From Minisyncoccota bacterium (GTDB taxonomy: Bacteria; Patescibacteriota; Minisyncoccia; Phycocordibacterales; UBA1550), in the NCBI GenBank assembly GCA_041660105.1, contig JBAZWZ010000002.1, forward strand, positions 57,964 through 121,963: DNA of 64,000 bases, in the 5' to 3' direction. The translations under genes were made by a program, and so were the position numbers. Under the pieces are notes generated by a model, which was given only the letters and a program-made list of their open reading frames with translations, ran no database searches and had not been told where the DNA came from. Of this stretch, positions 58,165 to 64,000 are shown piece after piece (positions within the stretch are counted from its first letter, which is position 1; the number at the start of each line of letters is the position of its first letter).

Positions 58165-59070
58165 TTATTTCTTGAGTAATATATTTACTGCCTTCGTAAT
58201 CACCGGCAACATATCATCATACATATTGAGGTCAATGATTTCTGCGAGCTTGAACCACTTTGCATCATCGAGTCCACCTTTCTTAAGAAGCTGAATATCC
58301 TGATACGGTGCCTCAGCAAGGAAATAACTCACATGCTTTCGCATCTTACCCTTCTCTGGGTGTGATGCAACGTATTCATTTTCACCGAGAAGCTCACCAA
58401 TAGTTACGGGCAAACCAACTTCTTCCATAACGATACGTGGAAGTGCCTGCTCGTCAGTCTCACCTTCTACATAGTGCCCTTTCGAGAGCGTCCAGTGACC
58501 AAATATGTCATGCACAAGTCCGAGATAGACATCCTGACCATCACGCGCGTAAATCACCGCACCGCCAAGCTTGTCGAGAGGAAGAGTCTTTGGGTCCACC
58601 GGAGCGTGAGGAACTTTCTTCTTGCTCGTCTCATCTTTACCAGGCTCACCAAGCTCCTTATACACCGCGCCGAGTACGCCGTTGATAAACTTACCACTTG
58701 TCTCACCGCCGTATGTCTTCGCAAGCTCGATAGCTTCATTGATAGCCACCTTCGCCGGCACTTGAGTACGGTCTTCGAAAAGTAATTCGTAAAGTCCGAT
58801 GCGGAGGATATTGCGGTCTACAAGTGCAATCTTGGCAATAGGCCAATCTGGGGCAGCCTTTACAATAATGTCGTCAAGCGTAGTCTTCTTGTTGAGGATA
58901 CCCAAAAGAAGCTTTCGCATAAACGAGATGTCATTCACCCCAGGGGCAAACTCCTCTGCGTTGCGTACGAGAGCCTGCTCAATCTCAAGATCGGTAAGTG
59001 CTCCACCGCGGAAATCCCACTCGTAGAGAACCTGCATAACGATACTTCTTGAAAGGTGTCTGTTTGCCAT
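58165..59070 (-). CDS. nusB: NusB fused to a C-terminal NUDIX-like domain
   Basis: DRNILR, VAINEAIELAK, FINGVLG; then WTLSKGH..EGET...RIVMEEVGL. Confidence 0.92.
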   Translation of the reverse strand: MANRHLSRSIVMQVLYEWDFRGGALTDLEIEQALVRNAEEFAPGVNDISFMRKLLLGILNKKTTLDDIIVKAAPDWPIAKIALVDRNILRIGLYELLFEDRTQVPAKVAINEAIELAKTYGGETSGKFINGVLGAVYKELGEPGKDETSKKKVPHAPVDPKTLPLDKLGGAVIYARDGQDVYLGLVHDIFGHWTLSKGHYVEGETDEQALPRIVMEEVGLPVTIGELLGENEYVASHPEKGKMRKHVSYFLAEAPYQDIQLLKKGGLDDAKWFKLAEIIDLNMYDDMLPVITKAVNILLKK

Positions 59071-59156
59071 ATGATTAAATGTACTTATCCTTATAGTATA
59101 CGCATAAGGAGCAAAAAAGAAAAGCGGTTAGGCTTTACCTTACCGCTTTTGCTTGA

Positions 59157-59375
59157 TTATTTCTTCTTTGCTGCGACACGCTTCTCTGTCTTCGCAATAG
59201 TTTTTACCAATTTGAGGACTGCCTTACCACGATACGTACCGCAAGCGGCACAAACCTGATGGCGAAGGTGAAGAGCCTCGCACTTCACGCACTTTGAAAG
59301 GCGTGCGCCGTCAAGAGCGTGATGTGAACGGCGATTTGCCGTGTGTGCACGTGTGTGTCTCATTCGTACTACCAT
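59157..59375 (-). CDS. rpmF: 50S ribosomal protein L32
   Basis: RRSHHAL, CxxC...H.VCxxCG.YRG. Confidence 0.96.
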   Translation of the reverse strand: MVVRMRHTRAHTANRRSHHALDGARLSKCVKCEALHLRHQVCAACGTYRGKAVLKLVKTIAKTEKRVAAKKK

Positions 59376-59449
59376 AGTAGAGATACTCTAGCAAATCCCC
59401 CAGAAAAAATCAAGGGGCTGGTATTTCTACCAGCCCCTTTTGGGTTTTT

Positions 59450-59767
59450 CTACAGAATTCTTCGAAGCATACGGGTGTTATAAAGCTGGAAACGCCTGCC
59501 TTCAACACTGAGAACACCTTCCCTGATTGCCACTGCTATCACCTCATCCTCAATAAAACCAAGCCTGACTGCGGGGGCTCCACCATCTTCTGAGGGATGA
59601 TAGAACAGTGTGACACTGAAACCCTTGTCCTCCTTAAGGAAATGGAGGGTCTGATTCTTGTCCTCCACATCGACGAGGGCCTCCTTGATGCCATACCCCG
59701 GGTGCGCGGTTGCTGGAGCAGTGTTTGCCCTGGACACAGAGCGAAAACGTTCACTTTTATTCAACAT
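59450..59767 (-). CDS. Hypothetical 105-aa protein (orphan cassette)
   Basis: SD AAAGGA; promoter TTGTGT-17-TATACT at 59801-59829; terminator ~59412-59441. Confidence 0.7.
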   Translation of the reverse strand: MLNKSERFRSVSRANTAPATAHPGYGIKEALVDVEDKNQTLHFLKEDKGFSVTLFYHPSEDGGAPAVRLGFIEDEVIAVAIREGVLSVEGRRFQLYNTRMLRRIL

Positions 59768-59821
59768 TTACTTCCTTTCTATTGTGTACGTACTAAAACA
59801 AGTATACCACACAAACACGCT

Positions 59822-59952
59822 TTACACAAGACCCTTCAGAAAACTTTTGCGGTGATGCTTGGTGATGCCATTCTTTTTTATTGCTTCGTAGTGTGCGCGG
59901 GTACCGTAGCCTTTGTGTTTTTCAAAACCGTACGCAGGAAACTTTTTTGCAA
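59822..59952 (-). pseudogene. Duplicated 3' end of rnhB
   Basis: Encodes [40 protein letters not shown], 38/40 identical to the RnhB C-terminus. Confidence 0.93.
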
Positions 59953-60009
59953 ATATGGAAAAGAAAAAGCGCCGTACCAAAAGGTCGTGCGCTCTTGTAT
60001 TTGATGCAG

Positions 60010-60198
60010 TTACTTGGGAATGTACGTAATTGTTACGTACATCGTGGCGTCGCTCGAAATTGAAGTGGCCACGGAAATGCATTCCTTAACATTCTCTGAA
60101 AGAAACTTTTCCACACCTTTCTCCATTTCATCAAATCTTCCCACAGTATGGCGTGGTTGAGTGAGACAGAACGAAAGCACTTTGCACTTAGGCATCAC
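60010..60198 (-). CDS. Hypothetical ~62-aa protein (orphan cassette)
   Basis: SD TAAGGAG; promoter TTGACA-17-TACTGT at 60253-60281; terminator-like hairpin ~59960-59996. Confidence 0.65.
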   Translation of the reverse strand: MMPKCKVLSFCLTQPRHTVGRFDEMEKGVEKFLSENVKECISVATSISSDATMYVTITYIPK

Positions 60199-60308
60199 AT
60201 ACTCCTTAGTTGTGTATGTTCACGGCGACGTGCCAGTGACTCATATGAATTAACAGTAGCATTTTAGTATAATTTTGTCAAGTGCTACAAGACTTTTGCT
60301 ACAGAACT

Positions 60309-60929
60309 TTAAAAATTGCGCCCACAATTTTTTCTTGCTATCAAAACCTCAGCATTATTCACCATAGGAGTCCCGTCCGTACGATTTCGCAATGCACGGG
60401 AGTCCATCTTGTCATAGGCAATAATCTCCCAGTCATTATATATTTCTTTTAGTTCATTTGGTTTGGGATAAAAATTTTTTGTTGATGGATTCTCATTATA
60501 AAAATCTCCCTCTGCCGTAAGAACCGATACGACGTTGAAACCACCAGCCCTTGTTTTTTCTTTCATCTGTTCTATGACTTTTCTTGCAGCAAAATCAGTG
60601 ATGTGCTGAAAAACATAAGAAACTACAATAACATCATAACTCTGGATAACACCAATTTCGACTATGTCTGCAATATGTGAACGAACAACCAAGTTTCTCT
60701 TTTTAGCCTCTTTTTTAAACTTCTCAACTCCAACCCTAGAAAGATCAATGAGTGTAACTTGAAATCCAGCGTCTGCAAGAAAAAGTGCATTTCTCCCTTC
60801 TCCTCCACCTATGTCCAATACTTCGCCACTCTTAATTAACTCTGTAATTTTTTTTACAGCTTGCTGTGGTTTCCCTCCCCTAAAATCAATATTTGGGGTC
60901 GCATAAATTTCATCATATTTATTACTCAT
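60309..60929 (-). CDS. Class I SAM-dependent methyltransferase (TehB-like)
   Basis: VLDIGGGEGRNALFLA, GGFN, ELKEIYNDWEII. Confidence 0.88.
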   Translation of the reverse strand: MSNKYDEIYATPNIDFRGGKPQQAVKKITELIKSGEVLDIGGGEGRNALFLADAGFQVTLIDLSRVGVEKFKKEAKKRNLVVRSHIADIVEIGVIQSYDVIVVSYVFQHITDFAARKVIEQMKEKTRAGGFNVVSVLTAEGDFYNENPSTKNFYPKPNELKEIYNDWEIIAYDKMDSRALRNRTDGTPMVNNAEVLIARKNCGRNF

Positions 60930-60933
60930 CTGT

Positions 60934-61542
60934 TTATTCTACCACACCCTTCAAAAAACTTTTCCTGTGATGCTTGGTTATGCCGTTCTTTTTGATAGCT
61001 TCGTAGTGCGCTCGGGTGCCGTAACCTTTGTGCTTTTCAAAACCGTGCTCAGGGAACTTTTTTGCAAGAAGTGTCATACGAGCATCGCGCGCGACTTTTG
61101 CCACTATTGAAGCAAGGGCAATAGCAAGCTCCTTTTCGTCGCCCTTTATAATAGTTTCTTGATTCTTGTAATGCTCTGGTGCATAGAGCGAACCATCAAG
61201 AAGAACTTTTGCCTCATCGACATTGTGCTCGATTGCTTCGAGTGAAGCAATCATCGCCGTGCGAATAGCAGACGAAAGTCCCCTTTTATCAATCACGCTC
61301 GGCGCAACAAAAGAAACTGCGCACGAGAGATATCCGAGAGACTCAGCTTCTTTGATTTTGAGTAACCATTCTTCCCTCTTTTTGGGGGTGAGTTTTTTTG
61401 AGTCTTTTATAATAGGAAAAAGTTTTTCAACCTTCTTTTTGTGTTCAGCATAAATACACACAGCGCCGACAGCGACCGGCCCAGCAAGAGGTCCACGACC
61501 AACCTCATCGACACCAATTATGTATTTATACTTCTTCTTCAT
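60934..61542 (-). CDS. rnhB: Ribonuclease HII
   Basis: GVDEVGRGPLAGPV, DSKKL, KGD, ASIVAKVARD, HKGYGT. Confidence 0.97.
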   Translation of the reverse strand: MKKKYKYIIGVDEVGRGPLAGPVAVGAVCIYAEHKKKVEKLFPIIKDSKKLTPKKREEWLLKIKEAESLGYLSCAVSFVAPSVIDKRGLSSAIRTAMIASLEAIEHNVDEAKVLLDGSLYAPEHYKNQETIIKGDEKELAIALASIVAKVARDARMTLLAKKFPEHGFEKHKGYGTRAHYEAIKKNGITKHHRKSFLKGVVE

Positions 61543-61620
61543 ATTTCATAACTCTATAGTATCTAACAGTAAAAAACAAAGCCCCTTGCGCTTTACAGCA
61601 CAAGGGGCTTTTCGTTGATG

Positions 61621-62106
61621 TTACCTTCGGCGCATTTTCTCCATTTCGGAAAGTTGTTTGTCGATTTGTTTATCAACTTTATTCATATCGACATCACGCA
61701 CAGGAATTACGCTGAGACATCGGATAAGGCCATTGTTGTGGACCCCAACGTCCTTCTTCATAATCTCCGCGATTTTCATAGAACGATATCGGGAGAAATG
61801 CCAAGTTGCTAAACAAAGACAGATCAAAACAGCAAAAGAAAATTTTGGAAATCCTAAAGTTGCAAGGACAAGACTTGCAATCATTGCCATTATCGCAATC
61901 ACCGCTTGGCAAATATGCGCATTTCGCATATCCCTCATCATGCTTCTCCGAAATGGCTCTTGCTCGTGAAGTTCTTTAACGTTTTTGGGCAATCGCTGGG
62001 CTATCAACGATTTTGCGCTATTCTGCTTAAATCCTTCAAACAGCAAATATAGACAGATTGTAACCAGCAAAATTGTCCCCAAAACCAAATGTAGGTTGGT
62101 CATCAT
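61621..62106 (-). CDS. Hypothetical 3-TM protein (orphan cassette)
   Basis: SD AAAGGAG; promoter TTGACA-17-TATTGT at 62150-62178; terminator ~61578-61612. Confidence 0.75.
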   Translation of the reverse strand: MMTNLHLVLGTILLVTICLYLLFEGFKQNSAKSLIAQRLPKNVKELHEQEPFRRSMMRDMRNAHICQAVIAIMAMIASLVLATLGFPKFSFAVLICLCLATWHFSRYRSMKIAEIMKKDVGVHNNGLIRCLSVIPVRDVDMNKVDKQIDKQLSEMEKMRRR

Positions 62107-62184
62107 TTTCTCCTTTGTAATGAACTATATTTCATTCTATCTAAAAAGAACAATACTTCATTTTGGTGATTATGTCAAAAATTT

Positions 62185-62241
62185 CGAATCAGCTGACGGG
62201 TCACCAGAGCCGTGTCATGGGCACGTGTCTTGGACATAAAC
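62185..62241. repeat. Dispersed element copy 3
   Basis: CGAATCAGCTGA-27 nt-CGTGTCTTGGACATAAAC. Confidence 0.8.
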
Positions 62242-62268
62242 CTTCATCAGCGATATACTGTCACTGTT

Positions 62269-64000
62269 ATGACCATCGAGAAACAGCAATTTGTGCATCT
62301 TCACACACACTCTCACTACTCTCTCCTTGATGGACTCTCAAAAATTGATGAGATGATTGCACTCGCAAAAGAGCGTGGTATGAAAGCCATCGGTCTCACC
62401 GATCACGGCAACATGTACGGTGCGATTGAGTTCTATAAGAAGTGTAAAGCAGCAGGCATCAAACCAATCCTCGGCGTAGAAGCATACGTGACTGCAGGCT
62501 CACGACTCGATAAGCGCCCAGGTATCGACAACGAACGCTTCCACCTCACCCTTCTCGCAAAGAACGCACAAGGTTACAAAAACTTGATGCGCCTCGTGAC
62601 CATCTCAAACCTCGAAGGCTACTACTACAAGCCACGCATGGACAAAGAAGTGCTCCGCAAATACAGTGAAGGGGTTATTTGTTTGTCAGGATGCTTCGGA
62701 GGAGAGTTTTCTCGTGCTATTCGTCGAGGTGACCTCGAAGGGGCGGAAGCTATCGCACGTGAACATCAAGACATCTTTGGGAAAGAAAATTATTTTCTTG
62801 AAATCATGCATCACCCTGGTGTTGAAAATATTGAAGAGGTGCGCAAAGAAATCATCCGCCTCAGCAAGAAGCTCGACATCCCCCTCGTCGCCACACAGGA
62901 CTCGCACTATCTCCATGTCGAAGACCAAGATGCGCACGAAACACTTCTCGCCATCCAAACCAACGGCGACCTCAACGATGAAAATCGTTTCTCAATGAAG
63001 ACAGATCTCTTCAGCTTCATCGACGAAGAGACAGCGCTCAAAAACTTTGCATCAACTCCTGAAGCAGTGTGGAACACGGGCAAAATCGCTGATATGTGTG
63101 ATATCGAGCTCACACTAGGAAAATTTATTTTTCCAAATTTCACCATCCCTGAAGATACGACTTACGACTCTGAGCTTCGCCGACTTTGTTTTGAAGGACT
63201 TCCCCGTCGCAAACTCGAGGGAGACGAAAAGGTAATTGAGCGACTTGAGTACGAACTCTCGGTGATCAAGATGAAGGGGTACGCGGTGTACTTCCTCGTT
63301 GTGGAAGATCTCATTCGTTTCGCGAAGGAGAATAAAATCCTTGCGAACATTCGAGGGTCCGTCGCAGGCTCGATGACTACGTATCTCCTCGGGATTACGG
63401 CGGTAAACCCACTTGAATACAAGATTCCTTTTGAGCGCTTCTTGAACCCTGAGCGTCCCTCTGCTCCCGATATTGATATGGACTTTGCCGACAACCGTCG
63501 CGACGAAGTTATTGAATATTCACGCAAAAAATACGGAGACGATCACGTGGCGCAAATCGGTACATTTGGGACAATGATGGCGCGCGGTGCCGTGCGTGAC
63601 GTTGCGCGCGCGCTCGGTCACCCGTATGCTATCGGCGACAGGATTTCTCGTCTCATTCCCGAAGGCTCACAGGGTTTCCCGATGACGATCGACACTGCAC
63701 TCGAAATGGTCGACGAGCTCGCTGAACTTTACAAAAAAGACGCTGACACAAAACAGATAATTGACCTCGCAAAAAAACTCGAAGGTTGTGTGCGTCACAT
63801 TTCTGTCCATGCTGCGGGAGTCGTCATCTCCCCACTCCCCCTTTATGAATACGCGCCACTACAGTTTGACCCCAAGGGTGGAAAAATAATCACACAGTAC
63901 GATATGTACTCTGTCGGCGAAGACGGCGTCGGGCTCACCAAGTTCGACTTCCTTGGTATCCGCAATCTTTCAATATTGAGTAACGCAGTTGAGCTCGTGG
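62269..64000 (+). CDS. dnaE: DNA polymerase III alpha subunit (5' part, runs off the window)
   Basis: Manual translation MTIEKQQFVHLHTHSHYSLLDG, TDHGNMYG, YYKPR, FERFLNPER.SAPDIDMDF, HAAGVVI. Confidence 0.96.
   Translation, partial: MTIEKQQFVHLHTHSHYSLLDGLSKIDEMIALAKERGMKAIGLTDHGNMYGAIEFYKKCKAAGIKPILGVEAYVTAGSRLDKRPGIDNERFHLTLLAKNAQGYKNLMRLVTISNLEGYYYKPRMDKEVLRKYSEGVICLSGCFGGEFSRAIRRGDLEGAEAIAREHQDIFGKENYFLEIMHHPGVENIEEVRKEIIRLSKKLDIPLVATQDSHYLHVEDQDAHETLLAIQTNGDLNDENRFSMKTDLFSFIDEETALKNFASTPEAVWNTGKIADMCDIELTLGKFIFPNFTIPEDTTYDSELRRLCFEGLPRRKLEGDEKVIERLEYELSVIKMKGYAVYFLVVEDLIRFAKENKILANIRGSVAGSMTTYLLGITAVNPLEYKIPFERFLNPERPSAPDIDMDFADNRRDEVIEYSRKKYGDDHVAQIGTFGTMMARGAVRDVARALGHPYAIGDRISRLIPEGSQGFPMTIDTALEMVDELAELYKKDADTKQIIDLAKKLEGCVRHISVHAAGVVISPLPLYEYAPLQFDPKGGKIITQYDMYSVGEDGVGLTKFDFLGIRNLSILSNAVELV

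Noticed and set aside
59822-60082. 86-aa ORF as a real gene, or a DGR template/variable repeat pair with rnhB
   Set aside because: The ORF is a chance read-through into the duplicated rnhB end. The differences are mostly synonymous, not adenine-specific, and no reverse transcriptase is present.
60256-60288. CIRCE (HrcA) operator
   Set aside because: The arms resemble TAGCACT/AGTGCTA, but the spacing does not fit N9 and it is not upstream of chaperone genes. No CIRCE was seen before grpE or dnaK either.
1-64000. tRNA, rRNA, tmRNA, prophage or transposase genes; alternative genetic code
   Set aside because: None was recognised. Core genes translate fully with code 11 and TGA is used as a stop (e.g. 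32070).

Overview
This 64 kb window looks like a Patescibacteria (CPR, Parcubacteria-like) chromosome segment. The call rests on a short GAD-less AspRS, a hinge-less ~750-aa SMC, a NusB-NUDIX fusion and core genes that mostly lack Shine-Dalgarno (SD) sequences. The backbone is housekeeping genes: rplI, rpmA, glmS, mutY, nth, gltX, murG-ftsW-mraY, scpAB, aspS, trpS, grpE-dnaK-dnaJ, infA-rpmJ-rpsM-rpsK-rpsD-rpoA-rplQ-rplM-rpsI, tlyA, rpsP, rnr, gmk, smc, rnc, nusB, rpmF, rnhB and a partial dnaE. I saw no rRNA, tRNA, CRISPR array, integrase or transposase. Six unexplained structures stand out. (1) About 10 self-contained orphan cassettes (sigma70 promoter, boxA-like leader, strong SD, terminator) sit between SD-less core genes. 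(2) An island between rpsI and grpE holds NYN, Fic, HEPN-like and protease genes bracketed by three families of direct repeats. (3) A ~1.1 kb insertion duplicated the rnhB 3' end, and the copies differ mostly at synonymous sites. (4) Two accessory genes are broken by homopolymers one base short (G7 in a ClpP-like gene, A8 in a membrane-protein paralog). (5) A ~1560-aa beta-helix/M6-protease protein has an internal membrane hairpin and is followed by paralogous membrane proteins. (6) Several families of short palindromic elements occur, two of them inserted in frame into a prepilin-like leader. All family calls come from motif recognition by eye, not database searches.
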